DNA from: an uncultured delta proteobacterium
GTDB lineage: Bacteria; Desulfobacterota; Binatia; DP-6
Reading direction: 5' to 3'
Assembly (NCBI GenBank): GCA_963815115.1
Contig: CAWFFN010000007.1
Location: 1,056,001-1,120,000 of the forward strand
Length of the DNA: 64,000 nucleotides
Each line of letters begins with the position of its first letter. The first letter of the stretch is position 1. The notes below the pieces were generated by a model, which made no database searches, had not been told where the DNA came from, and worked only from the letters and a program-made list of their open reading frames with translations. Of the stretch, positions 9,991 to 21,700 are shown one piece after another. A program made the position numbers and the translations under genes.

Positions 9991-10653
9991 TCAGGGCGCG
10001 GCCGGAGGGGCACTGCGCACCGTGCGCGCCAGCTTGCCGGCGGTCTCACCGAGCGCGCCGTCGAGCATCTCCCGGCGCGTGACCCATCTGCCACCGCCCT
10101 GGAGAAAGCGCGGCAGGTCGAGCAGATTCTGGCTCAGCGGTTGCTGCGTGTGCTCGAAGCGCTCCCGGGCGATGACGCTGCCGCTCGCCGCATCGACCAG
10201 CACCGCCTGATACCACACCGTCGCTGGCGTCCTCGCGCCCCACGCGGATCCTTCACGTTCCGTATACCGCGTGAGCGCACCGAGAACCGCGAGCCGTGCC
10301 CCGACCGCCTTCGCCACTCGCATGGCCATCGCGGGGTCGTAGCGGCTGGCACCTGCCGGCGGCGCGGCCTGCTGGACGAGCGCGGGGTCGATGATGGACA
10401 CACCGTTCCGAGCGAGGTCCTGGCTGAGCGTGACCGCGATGTGCTCGCCCATGTCGTCGGGGACCGGCGGGTCGTCACGGCGCTCGGCGAAGTTCGCCGT
10501 CGGATCGAGCTCCCCGCCGACGCGGAAGGGGATGACCGCGATCGCACCGATCGCGGTCGCCACCCCGGGGGTGACCACGGGCGTGCGCGCGCGCGGCGCA
10601 CAGGCTGTCACCGCGAGCACAGCGAGCACCGGGACCAGCACCGCGCGCGGCAT
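9991..10653 (-). CDS. Putative lipoprotein (IAVIPF-type alpha/beta domain)
   Basis: Signal peptide with lipobox (VLAVTAC) followed by IGAIAVIPF; high-GC3 codon usage. Confidence 0.7.
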   Translation of the reverse strand: MPRAVLVPVLAVLAVTACAPRARTPVVTPGVATAIGAIAVIPFRVGGELDPTANFAERRDDPPVPDDMGEHIAVTLSQDLARNGVSIIDPALVQQAAPPAGASRYDPAMAMRVAKAVGARLAVLGALTRYTEREGSAWGARTPATVWYQAVLVDAASGSVIARERFEHTQQPLSQNLLDLPRFLQGGGRWVTRREMLDGALGETAGKLARTVRSAPPAAP

Positions 10654-10744
10654 GCGTTCCCCTCGTACACCAGTCGCACGGGCCGAGTCGATGCACGTAC
10701 GCGCTTGCCCCTGTCGGCGAGGCTCGGCTACAAGCCCGCCGCGC

Positions 10745-11506
10745 ATGGCGACGGTGCGGAGCGACGACCAGCCGGGAGGGGTCCGCGTGCTCACGCTCGC
10801 CCGGCCGCCCGCCAACGCGCTCGACGAGACGCTCCTCGTCGATCTGGGGGCGGCGCTCTCCGCGGCACGCGGCGACGACCACGTGCGCGCCCTCGTGCTC
10901 ACCGGGGCCGGCACCTTCTTCAGCGGCGGATTCGACCTCGCCGCGCCGCGACGGGATCAGGAAGCCGCCCGCTCGTTGCGCGCGCTCTACCGCGACGTGC
11001 ACGCCAGCTTGCTGGCCTTCCCGAAGCCCACCGTCGCGCGTCTCGCGGGCCACGCCGTGGCCGGCGGGCTGGTGCTGGTCCTGGCCTGTGACTACCGGCT
11101 CGGCCGGGAAGGCGACTACCGCGTGGGACTCAACGAGGTGGCCATCGGGGCGTCGTTCCCACGCGTCGCGTTCGAGATCGTGCGCCTGCGCCTGCCCCAT
11201 CCGCGAGCCAGCGAGCTGCTCCTCGGCGCCGCGCTCTATCCCGCCAGCCAGGCCGTGCGACTCGGCGTCGTCGACGAGCTTCTACCTCCGGACACCTTCG
11301 ACGCCACGGTCCTGCGACGCGCCCAGCGCCTCGCTGCCTTCCCGCGCGAGGCCTACGCGCACACGAAGGCAATGCTCGTGGCGGACGCGCTCGCGCACGT
11401 TGCAGCGGAGACGCCGGCCGAGGAAGCCGCGGGCGCCGCGGTGTGGACGACCGCGGAGAGCCGTGCCGCGCGCGCGGCGCAGCGAGCGAAGCTGCGCTCG
11501 CCCTGA
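10745..11506 (+). CDS. Enoyl-CoA hydratase/isomerase family protein
   Basis: LTLARPPANAL, FFSGGFDL, FPKPTVARLAGHAVAGGLVLVLACDYR, GLNEVAIG. Confidence 0.92.
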   Translation: MATVRSDDQPGGVRVLTLARPPANALDETLLVDLGAALSAARGDDHVRALVLTGAGTFFSGGFDLAAPRRDQEAARSLRALYRDVHASLLAFPKPTVARLAGHAVAGGLVLVLACDYRLGREGDYRVGLNEVAIGASFPRVAFEIVRLRLPHPRASELLLGAALYPASQAVRLGVVDELLPPDTFDATVLRRAQRLAAFPREAYAHTKAMLVADALAHVAAETPAEEAAGAAVWTTAESRAARAAQRAKLRSP

Positions 11507-11513
11507 GGGCGCC

Positions 11514-12554
11514 TCAGAGGGACGCTGCCCGCGAGGGCTCCGAGGCCACGGGGCTCGGCACCCCCCTCGCCTCGTGCAGCACGGTCTCGAGACGCGAGTT
11601 GCCGGTCTCCACCCCTGCCGCCTTGAGCGTGCTCGATCCGGCCGGGGGGATCCGGCTACCGAGGTTGTAGAGATCGGGATGCGCCTCGACGAACACCTGG
11701 CCGTTGCGCACGCCGACCTTGATCGGTTGATAGATGAACTCCCCCCTGGTCCCGACCGGCACGAGCGGGAACAGCAGCTCGACGTCCTCGGGATAGAGCC
11801 GCGTGCAGCCGTTGCTGACCGTCATGCCCATACCCCACGGGATGTTGGTGCCGTGAATCCGATACGGTTCGAGACTGAGCTCGAAGCGGTACTTGCCGAG
11901 CGGATTGTCGGGATCACCGCCCTTGATCATGCGGCGGTAGTCACCCTTCTCGCGGATGTGGTCACGCAGGATTCCCGGCGGGATGACCCAGGTGGGATTC
12001 ACGGTCTTGCCCGTCACGGAGAACTTCCCCATCGGCGTGCGCCGGTCGTCACGGCCGAGCCCCAGTGGATAGGTCCGCACCACCGTGGTCCCGGGATCGT
12101 GGGAATCGGGCTCGAAGTAGTACAGCCGCAGCTCCGCGACGTTCACGACCAACCCTTGATACGAGCAGCACGGCAGCACCCACGACGTCGGCAGCACCAC
12201 CTTCGACCCCGCCGGCGGCGACCAGATGTCGACGCCCGGATTGGCATCGGTGATCTCGTTCACCCCGAGGTCGAAATAGCGCGCGATGTCGAGCAGCGAC
12301 TCGCCCTTGCGGACGCGATAGCTGCCCACCTCGCCGATCACCGTCTGCTCCGGCGGCTTGCCGGGTGCCGGGGTCGGGATCTTGTACACCCGCAGCGGCT
12401 TCTTCGCGTACGCCTCTTCCGTGAAGACCGGAAGACCGCTGGTGTCCCGCGGCGGGTGCACGGCCGGTTGGGGCGACAGGACCGCTACTCGCTCGGCGCA
12501 CCCTGTCAGCAGGATGCCCACGAGGCCCAGGCCAAGCGCGCCTACCCGGTACAT
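11514..12554 (-). CDS. L,D-transpeptidase (YkuD/ErfK family) lipoprotein with LysM-like domain
   Basis: Lipobox LTGC; LLDIARYFDLG; VVNVAELRLYYF; NPTWVIP; YRIHGTN...SNGCTRLYPED catalytic motif. Confidence 0.92.
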   Translation of the reverse strand: MYRVGALGLGLVGILLTGCAERVAVLSPQPAVHPPRDTSGLPVFTEEAYAKKPLRVYKIPTPAPGKPPEQTVIGEVGSYRVRKGESLLDIARYFDLGVNEITDANPGVDIWSPPAGSKVVLPTSWVLPCCSYQGLVVNVAELRLYYFEPDSHDPGTTVVRTYPLGLGRDDRRTPMGKFSVTGKTVNPTWVIPPGILRDHIREKGDYRRMIKGGDPDNPLGKYRFELSLEPYRIHGTNIPWGMGMTVSNGCTRLYPEDVELLFPLVPVGTRGEFIYQPIKVGVRNGQVFVEAHPDLYNLGSRIPPAGSSTLKAAGVETGNSRLETVLHEARGVPSPVASEPSRAASL

Positions 12555-12652
12555 GGTCTCATCACGCGTCGGCAGACCGGCCGTGTCAAGCCATGAGGTG
12601 TTCTCCCGCTCCGGCCGGCCGCCGGCCATGGAGCCCCAGCCCCGGACCCGGC

Positions 12653-13117
12653 CTAGCCGCGAAGGACCTCGAGTGCCTCGTCGTGACCGAGTACTCGCGT
12701 CATGCGCCGGGCGATCAGCCATTCGCCGCCGCGTTTCACGAGGGACCAGCGGTTGAAGCTGACGCGATGGACGCGGGTGCCCTCGGGGCTCGCCAGGTAG
12801 ACGCGCGAATATCCGGTCGCGACGGCGCGCTCACCCTCGAGCGTGATCAGGAATGGTCCCATCTGATGGGCGCAGCGACCGACCATCGCCTGGTGCCGGT
12901 CACCGGCGATCATGGCACCGACCGCGGCGCGTCCCTCCATCCTGCCCACGTCCACGTCGTATACGCCGTCCTCGGTGAAGACCGCCGCCGCACCGCTGGC
13001 ATCGCCGGAATCGACCGCAGGGCCGTAGCGGGTGATCACATCGTGGATCGCCACCTGATCCTCGAGCGCCTGGACGCGGCGGGCCAGGTCGGCGACCGTC
13101 CGTTCGAGATCGGTCAT
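12653..13117 (-). CDS. NTF2/SnoaL-like domain protein
   Basis: LEDQVAIHDVITRYGPAVD...FTEDGVYD...GRAAV...W.IARR pattern typical of SnoaL_4. Confidence 0.85.
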   Translation of the reverse strand: MTDLERTVADLARRVQALEDQVAIHDVITRYGPAVDSGDASGAAAVFTEDGVYDVDVGRMEGRAAVGAMIAGDRHQAMVGRCAHQMGPFLITLEGERAVATGYSRVYLASPEGTRVHRVSFNRWSLVKRGGEWLIARRMTRVLGHDEALEVLRG

Positions 13118-13248
13118 CCAAGCTCGCTATCAGCAGCGTCCTCGCAGCCGCAAGGCGATGACGCGCACGCGCTCCCCGGACTCCGCGGCGAGCGACGCCG
13201 ACGCCCGGGCGCTGCCGCGGACGCCGGCGGCCGATCGGCGGCGGTCAG

Positions 13249-15390
13249 CTAGTGCGGCGCGGCATGCTTGCCGCCGTGACCGGCATGCGAGGAGCTGCAG
13301 GCGACCTGCGGAGGCAGCACGAGGTCGGTGAGCGTCGAGCGTCCCCCGGCGTCGAGTGACTCGCCGCCGGCGGTCAGCCCCTGCGCCACTCCCGACGTCA
13401 CACCCCCGCCCGAGTTCACGTAGTAGCTCCCGATGAGTATGAACATCTCGTTCTCGGTGCTTTCCCCGCCCGTGATCGGGCAGGCGTCGCACACGCCGTC
13501 GCGAGCACCCGGGCTCGAGTCGCAATCGCGATCGAAACCCGGCCCGCAGCGGGCGCCGACCTTGCCCGCGGTGCAGGCGACTGGACTGCAGCGGAAGCCC
13601 TGGGGCGGGACACGCGACGCCCGCGTCACCGTGTTGGCATCCGGCGAGCCGTCGGCGGCCACGCCGTTGTTGTAGAGCGAGCAGTAGTGCAGCACGCGCT
13701 GCGCGGGATCGGGCGAGTCGAAAGCCAGCGGGGGATTGAAGATCAGATCGGCCGGGTCGTTGTAGACGAAGTTCTGGTAGAGCAGCGAGCCGTCCGGCGC
13801 CGTCACCGTGAACTCCTTCCCGCGCTTGTGGGTGTGCGACGAGAGCTGGAACAGCCGGGCGCCCTGGGGCAGCTGCTGGTCGTTGCAGATGCGCTGCGTC
13901 GTGTAGGGCGCGGCGTCCGCGTTGAAGATCGCGTTGATGTTGAAGATCGGCTGGATCGGATAGCGCTGGCTCGAGGCGAAGTAGTAGTTCAGCCGGGCGT
14001 GCATGGTGGTGTCTTCGTCGGTCAGGTTGAAGGCATGTGAGTTCCAGTAGAGGATCCCCTTCATGGGGATCTGCGCGAAGGCACCGTCGACGTAGCTGAT
14101 CGCCGCCTGGGCCTTCTGGGCGCCCCCGATGGCGAAGAAACCCTGTCCACCGCTGGTCGGACCGAACCCGATGCAGGCGAAGGACTGCTGGATCTCGCTC
14201 ATGCAGATGCCGGTCCCGCAGGACGTGACGTCCGTCGGCTCGCACACCTGTCCCGCCTTCTCTCCGCCGTTGCACGTCCACTTGCCGAAGGCCGGGTCGT
14301 GGGCGCTCGCCGTCCCGAAGTAGCGGTTGAGGATCAGGTGGTGGCTCTGCGGATCCTGCCGCAGCTCCTGCCCGGAGAAGCGGAACATGGTCCCCGTCGG
14401 ATCCCGGAACTCCGTGGGAACCTGCGAGGTGACGTCGTAGTAGGTGGCGAAGCAGATCTCGTGCTCGCTGTGCGCTTCCAGGTGCCACGTCGGCATGACC
14501 AGCTGCACGCCCTCGCCGGGCGCCGGCGGATCGAGCGGCTGGATGATGATCGGCTTCGACGGCGGCAGGCACGCGTTCAGCAGCTTGTCGGTCCCGGCGA
14601 CGGTCCCGGTCTCGGGCGCGCCGCTGTAGATCCACAGGCGCAGCAGCTCGAGCTCGTCCGTGCTGAGCGGCGGCAGGCCGTTGGGCATCGGCGCGCCCGG
14701 CACCTGCACGCCAGGCGGGAGCTGCGACGTATCGGTCGCCGCCGCGAGCTTGAGCCAGAGGAAGCTGCGCCGCTGATCGCCGGGCTCGACGCGGTTGAAG
14801 GGGCTGGCGGTCGACTTCACCTGGAAGAGGTTCTGGTAGGCGACGTCGGGTGAGAGGTCGAGGCCGCCCTGCTTGGCCGTGCTCCCGTGACACGCCTGGT
14901 CGGTGCAGCCGTGCTTCTCGAAGATGACCGACTGGATTCCCTTGAAGGTGCTGTCGAAGGCCGCGCTCTGGGCGCAGGTCGTGATCCCCAGGTCGAGCTG
15001 AAGCCTGCTCTTCGGCTTGCGGCTGCGGAGCACCCCGTGCAGCTCGCCGCAGCCGGCGTCGACCGTCGCCACCAGGACCACCTTGCGGTTGCTCCCGCAG
15101 GGCTTCCAGCGCGTGTGGACCTTCCACCCCTTGCGCGTGCGTCGAGGGCGCGAGACGACCGAGCTGCAGTCGGTGCTCACGGTGACGCCCGTGGCGTCGA
15201 TCGCGATGGCCTGGAGCATCGAGGTGGGCGTGCTCCCGACCTTGGGATCGGCCGACTGGCCGAGGATGAAGCGGCCGGAGCATGTCGGAGCGGGCCGCTG
15301 CTTCTTGGCTGCGGCCGGCGTCACCAGGACGCCTGCGACGAACACGGACGCCGAGACGAGCAGAGTGGCGAGAGCACGGGTCGTCCACAT
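13249..15390 (-). CDS. Secreted protein: cytochrome c-like domain fused to a copper type II monooxygenase (PHM/DBH-like) domain
   Basis: Signal peptide; CTDQACH...GGLDL...VEPGD...SFLWLKL...PMP...LWIYSGAP; SHHLIL, NSHAFN, SSHTHKRG and ENEMF copper-ligand motifs. Confidence 0.7.
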   Translation of the reverse strand: MWTTRALATLLVSASVFVAGVLVTPAAAKKQRPAPTCSGRFILGQSADPKVGSTPTSMLQAIAIDATGVTVSTDCSSVVSRPRRTRKGWKVHTRWKPCGSNRKVVLVATVDAGCGELHGVLRSRKPKSRLQLDLGITTCAQSAAFDSTFKGIQSVIFEKHGCTDQACHGSTAKQGGLDLSPDVAYQNLFQVKSTASPFNRVEPGDQRRSFLWLKLAAATDTSQLPPGVQVPGAPMPNGLPPLSTDELELLRLWIYSGAPETGTVAGTDKLLNACLPPSKPIIIQPLDPPAPGEGVQLVMPTWHLEAHSEHEICFATYYDVTSQVPTEFRDPTGTMFRFSGQELRQDPQSHHLILNRYFGTASAHDPAFGKWTCNGGEKAGQVCEPTDVTSCGTGICMSEIQQSFACIGFGPTSGGQGFFAIGGAQKAQAAISYVDGAFAQIPMKGILYWNSHAFNLTDEDTTMHARLNYYFASSQRYPIQPIFNINAIFNADAAPYTTQRICNDQQLPQGARLFQLSSHTHKRGKEFTVTAPDGSLLYQNFVYNDPADLIFNPPLAFDSPDPAQRVLHYCSLYNNGVAADGSPDANTVTRASRVPPQGFRCSPVACTAGKVGARCGPGFDRDCDSSPGARDGVCDACPITGGESTENEMFILIGSYYVNSGGGVTSGVAQGLTAGGESLDAGGRSTLTDLVLPPQVACSSSHAGHGGKHAAPH

Positions 15391-15464
15391 GGATTCCCCC
15401 TTACCTCGGTCCGCGCCGCACGGGGAGCCGCTCCGGTGCCGCGCGATACCTTCCTATCGCGAGC

Positions 15465-15480
15465 AGCACGGCGCATGCCA
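15465..15480 (-). promoter_or_regulatory. Candidate sigma-54 promoter for the cytochrome/monooxygenase gene
   Basis: Minus strand reads TGGCATGCGCCGTGCT (TGGCA, GG-N10-GC), about 75 nt upstream of ATG 15390. Confidence 0.45.
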
Positions 15481-15712
15481 GCGGCGTGGCCCCCGTCATT
15501 CCGGGCTCGGCACGCCCCTCCGCACGGTCCGATGCGCGGTCGAGCGCATGACGCGTTGTGCGCCCTCCCGGGTCGTCCGCCTTTCAGGGGATGCCTTCCG
15601 CGACCTGCGCGCGCAGGCTATACGAAACCTCGCTGCAAGACCTGGCGAGCCACTGCGATAGCGGGGTCCCGTCCCTGCCCCCTCCGGCCGGCGTGGCGCC
15701 GTCTCGCACGCC

Positions 15713-18700
15713 ATGATCTGGCCCCCGTTTCTCCAGGGCCTGGTCGACCGGGCCTCGTCTTCCCGGGCTGCCTTCAAGGACTCCCAGGAGCCGATTCGGG
15801 CCGAGCTGTTCAGCGTCGAACGCCTCGAGCAGCACGCCGAGAGCCTCGCCGCCGCCCAGCGAGTCACCGACGATCCCGGCCGCGGCCGTCCCCTCGCCCC
15901 CCGCGTGCGCGACAATGCCCGCGCGCTGCTCGAGTCGTATCGCCTGCTCGTCGAGGCCATCCGCGAGGAGCGCATCGTATCGCCCGCGGCGGAGTGGCTG
16001 GTCGACAACTTCCACATCGTGGACGAGCAGCTGCGCGAGATCCGCGACCACCTCCCGTCGGGATACTACCGCGAGCTACCGAAGCTGGCGGAGAAGCACC
16101 TGGCCGGATATCCCCGCGTGCTCGGGCTGGCGTGGGCCTTCGTGGCGCACACCGACAGCCGCTTCGACCCCGACGCGCTGCGCCGCTTCGTTCGTGCCTA
16201 CCAGCGCGTCCAGCCGTTGCTGATCGGCGAGCTGTGGGCGATCGCTATCACGCTGCGCGTCGTCCTGGTCGAGAACCTCCGCCGCCTCTCGGAGCGCATC
16301 GTCGCCGCTCGTGAGGAGCGGCAGCGGGCCGACGAGCTGGCGGACGGGCTCCTCGGCCTCGGCGGGCGGCCTGCCGCCGAGGCGGCTGCCGCCCTCGGTC
16401 GGCTCGATCGCGGCGCGCTGCCGAGGAGCTTCGCGGTTCAGCTGGTGCAACGGCTTCGCGAGCAGGATCCCGCCGTGGTGCCTGCCCTGCGCTGGCTCGA
16501 CGAGCACCTGGCGGCGGAGGGCACGAGCAGCGAGGACATCGTGCATCGCGAGCACGAAGCCCAGGCCGCCATGAACGTGACGGTGCGCAACGTGATCACG
16601 AGCATGCGCCTCATGTCGGCGCTCGACTGGAAGGAGTTCTTCGAGAGCGTCAGCCTGGTCGACGAAGTCCTGCGGGCCAAGAGCGCCTTCCTCGACATGG
16701 ACTTCGCGACCCGCGACCGGTACCGCCATGCGATCGAGCAGCTGGCGCGCCGCTCGGGCCACCCCGAGACCGATGTGGCCCACCGCGCCGTCGCCAAGAC
16801 CGCGGCCGCCGGCGACGATCCCACCGGGCGACGGCGAGATCCCGGGTATCATCTCATCGCCGGCGGGCGCGCAGCGTTCGAGAGAGAGCTCGGCTTCAAT
16901 CCGGGGCTTCGCCGCCGGCTCCTGAGAGCCTACGTGGCAGCGGGCACCCCGGCGTATCTCGGCACCACCGCGATCCTGAGCCTCGTCATCCTCGCCCCGC
17001 CCCTCCTGCTCGCTGCCCGCGGCGGGGCCGGACCGTTCGCTCTGCTCGCGTTCGGGCTCCTCGGGCTGTTCCCGGCCACCGACCTCGCGATCGCCCTCAC
17101 CAATCGCGGCGTGGTCGAGCGCATCAGGCCCGCACCGCTGCCGAAGCTGGCGCTGCGCGACGGTATCCCGGCGGAGCTCCGCACCATGGTCGTCGTGCCC
17201 ACGCTGCTCACCAGCGTCGCCGACGTGGAGCAGCAGATCGACGGACTCGAGATCCACTCCCTCGCCAACTCGGACGCCGAGCTGCGCTTCGCGCTCGCGT
17301 CTGACTGGATCGACGCGCCGACGGAGGAGATGCCCGAGGACGACGTGCTGCTCGCCGCGGCCCGGGCCGGGATCGCCCGCCTGAACGAACGCCATGGTCC
17401 GACGCCGGACGGTGGAGACCGCTTCTTCCTCTTCCACCGCCGGCGAATCTGGAACCCGAGCGAAGGCGTCTGGATGGGCTGGGAGCGCAAGCGTGGCAAG
17501 CTGCACGAGCTCGACCGCATGCTGCGAGGCGCGTCCGATACCAGCTTTCTCCCGGTTTCGCCGCCGGTCCCCGAGGGCGTGCGGTACGTCATCACGCTCG
17601 ACGCCGACACCCGGCTGCCCGGCGGAACCGCACGGCAGCTGGTGGGGACGATGGCGCACGCCCTCAATCGCCCGCGCCTCGACCCCGCCACACACCGGGT
17701 CGTGGAGGGCTACGGCCTGCTCCAGCCGCGAGTCACCCCGACGCTGCCCGAGGACGGCCAGGGATCGCTCTACCAGCGCATCTTCTCCGGCCCGTGCGGT
17801 ATCGATCCCTATGCCGCCGCGACCTCGGACGTCTACCAGGACCTCTTCGGGGAAGGGTCGTACACCGGAAAGGGCATCTACGACGTCGACGCCTTCGAGG
17901 CGGCCCTCGACGGACGCGTCCCCGACAACTCGCTGCTGAGCCACGATCTCTTCGAGGGGCTGTTCGCGCGGGCCGGCCTGCTCACCGACGTCTCCCTGTT
18001 CGAGGAATTCCCCTCCAACTATCTGGTTGCAACGGGGCGCCAACACCGTTGGGCACGAGGAGACTGGCAGCTGCTCCCGTGGCTGATCGGATGGGTGTCG
18101 GCGCCGATCTCCATCATCGGCCGCTGGAAGATACTCGACAACCTGCGGCGCACACTGTCGCCGCTGGCCGTCTATGTCCTCCTGGTGGCGGACTGGACGC
18201 TGCCCGTGGGCAGGCCGGGAATGTGGACGACGTTCGTGTTGGCGGCCGTCATCCTCGCGGCGCTCGTCCCGGTCCTGCACGAGGTCGTGCCCCGGCGGAG
18301 CGGCATCTCGAAGCGCAGCCACGTGCGTGCGGTTGCGGCCGACCTGGCCGTTGCCGGCTCGCAGGTGGCGCTCACGTTCACCCTGCTCGCCCACCAGGCG
18401 TTCGTCATGGGCGACGCGATCGTGCGGGCTCTCGTCCGCCTGATCGTCACCAGGCGGCGCCTGCTCGAGTGGATGACCGCCGCGCAGGCGAAGGCGGGAC
18501 AGGATCTCTCGCTCGGGGCCTTCGTCGTGCGCATGGGCGGCGCCATCGTGCTCGCGGTGGCCGCAGCCGCGCTCGTCCTGGGCTTCGGCCGAACGGGGGC
18601 GTGGCCGCTGGCCTTGCCGTTCGTCGCCCTCTGGGTGCTGTCGCCGGCGGTCGGCTGGTGGATCAGCCAGCCCCGGGAGGGCGCCGTCGCCGAGCCGCTC

Positions 18701-21700
18701 GGCGACGACGACGCGCGCATGCTCAGGACGACCGCGCGGCGGACCTGGCGCTTCTTCGAGACCTTCGTCGGATCGGAGGCTCACGCGCTCCCTCCCGACA
18801 ACTTCCAGGAAGACCCCCATCCGGTCGTGGCGCATCGCACGTCGCCGACCAACGTCGGTCTCTACCTCCTCTCCACCGCTGCGGCCCACGATTTCGGCTG
18901 GCTCGGGATCCTCGACACCCTCGATCGCCTGGCCGCGACGCTCGACACGCTGAACGGCCTCGAGCGCTTCCGGGGGCACTTCTACAACTGGTACGAGACG
19001 CGAGAGCGACGGCCCCTCGATCCCAAGTACGTCTCGACGGTCGACAGCGGAAACCTCCTCGGCCATCTGCTCGCGCTCGCGCAAGGCTGTCGCGAGCTGA
19101 TCCACCGCCCGCTCCTCGATGCAGAGGTGCTCTCGGGCATCGGCGACACGCTCCTGGTGCTGCGAGAGACCATGGACAGCCTGGCCGACGATCGGCGCAC
19201 GCTCACCGTGACGCGCAAGACCCTCGCCGACGCCGTGGACGCCGTGGCCGCCGCGCTCGAGCCGATTCCCATGAGCACCGCTGCGTGGGGCGCCCGGTTC
19301 GCCCAGCTCGAGACGCTGGCCGACACGATGACCGACATCGCGCGCACCCTGGCCGCCGAACGTGACGACCCCGCGGCCCGCGAGCTCGCCGCCTGGGCGG
19401 AGGCCGTGCGCGCGGGCGTCGCGAGCTGGGCGCGAGACCTCGACGCGCTCCTGCCCTGGGCACGACCGCCGCAGGCGGATCCCGCGATCGAGTTCCCCGT
19501 CCCGACTCCCGCGAGCGCTCCCGACACGTGCGAGGCCATCGTCGCCCGCCTCGCGGACCGTCCCGCCCAGGCGGCGCTCGTCGAGCGCCTCGAGCGGTCC
19601 GCGAGCGCCTGTGCCTCCCTCCGCCGACGGCTCGAGACCCTGGGGCGCCTGGCCGACGCGATGGCAGGCGAGATGGACTTCCGCTTCCTCTTCGACGCCA
19701 CGCGCAACCTGTTCCGGATCGGCTTCCGCGTGGCCGACGGCGAGCCCGATGCAAACTACTACGACCTGCTCGCTTCCGAGGCGCGCCTCGCGAGCTTCGT
19801 CGCCATCGCCAAGGGCGACGTCCCCACCTCCCACTGGTTTCAGCTCGGTCGCACGATGACGCCCGTCGTTCGCGGCTCCGCGCTGGTGTCGTGGTCGGGC
19901 TCGATGTTCGAGTACCTGATGCCCGAGCTGGTGATGCGGTCGCCCGCGGGAAGCCTGCTCGAGCAGACGTGCGAGCTGGCCGTGCGACGGCAGATGCAAT
20001 ACGGCGCCGAGCGCAAGGTCCCGTGGGGGATATCGGAATCGGCCTACAACGTCCGCGGGCTCGATCTGACCTATCAATACTCGAGCTTCGGGGTGCCCGG
20101 CCTGGGGCTCGAGCGCGGTCTCAGCGAGGACCTGGTGGTCGCTCCGTACGCCACCGCGCTGGCGGCGATGGTCGATGGACCCGCGGCGGCCCGGAACCTG
20201 ACCCGGCTCGCCGCTGCGGGGGGCCGCGGTGCCTACGGCTTCTACGAGGCGCTCGACTACACCGCGACCCGCGTTCCCGAGGGGAGCACCGTCGCTCCCG
20301 TGCGCGCCTACATGGCGCACCACCAGGGCATGACGCTGGTGGCCCTCCTGAACGTGCTCCACGACGGCGTCATGCGGCGGCGCTTCCATGCCGAGCCGAG
20401 CGTGCAGGCCAACGATCTGCTGTTGCAGGAGCGAACGCCGCGCGATGTGGGCGTCGCGCGCCCGCGGGTCGACGAGGTCAACGCGGCTCGCCACGTCCGC
20501 GATGTCGCTCTACCGGTGCAGCGGCGCGTCCGCTCACCGCACGGGCCGGTCCCCCATACCCACCTGCTGTCGAACGGCCGGTATGCCGTCATGCTGACCG
20601 CCGCCGGCTCGGGATACAGCCGGTGCCACGACCTGGCGGTGACCCGCTGGCGCGAGGACGTCACCCGGGACTGCTGGGGCCAGTACGTCTTCCTGCGCGA
20701 CACGCAGCGCGGGGAGGTCTGGTCGGTCGGCTATCAGCCCACCGGGGCGACACCGGACGCCTACGAGGCGGTGTTCGCGGAAGACCGCGCCGAGTTCCGC
20801 CGCCGCGACGGCGCCATCTCGACGACCATGGAGGTGGTCATCTCTCCCGAGGACGACGCCGAGGTGCGCCGCATCTCGCTCACGAATCTCGGCGCCCGGG
20901 CACGCGAGATCGAAGTCACCTCGTATGCCGAGGTCGTCTTGGCGCCGCCCGCAGCCGATGCGGCGCATCCGGTGTTCTCCAACCTCTTCGTCCAGACGGA
21001 GTTCGTGCCCGACGTCAGCACCCTCCTCGCCTCCCGCAGGCCTCGCTCGCCCGAGGAAGCGCCGGTCTGGGCCGCGCACCTCGTCGTCGTCGAGGGCGAG
21101 ACGGTCGGCGGAGCACAGTTCGAGACCGACCGGGCGCGATTCCTCGGTCGCGGGCGGGGCATCCGCACCCCCATGTCGGTCATCGACGGCCGGCCACTCT
21201 CCAACACGATGGGCGCCGTCCTCGATCCGATCTTCAGCCTGCGCCACCGGATCCGGCTCGCCGGGGGCGCCAGCGCGCACCTCACCTTCTCGACCCTGGT
21301 CAGCTCCTCCCGCGAGGCGGTGCTCGACCTGGCCGACAAGTACCACGATCCGTCGATCTTCGAGCGTGCAGCCACGCTCGCCTGGACGCGCGCCCAGGTC
21401 GAGCTGCACCACCTTCGCGTCGAGCCCAGCGAGGCGCACCTCTTCCAGCGGCTGGCCAGCCGCATCCTGTACTCCGACCGGTCTCTGCGTCCGTCGCAGG
21501 AAGCGCTGGAGCGCAACGTCGCCGGGCAGTCGGGGCTCTGGGCTCACGGCATCTCCGGCGATCTCCCCATCGTCCTGGTGCGCATCGACGAGGAGGAGGA
21601 TCAGGAGATCGTCCGGCAGCTGCTGCGTGCCCACGAGTACTGGCGCATGAAGCAGCTCGCGGTCGATCTCGTGATCCTGAACGAGAAGCCGGTGTCGTAC

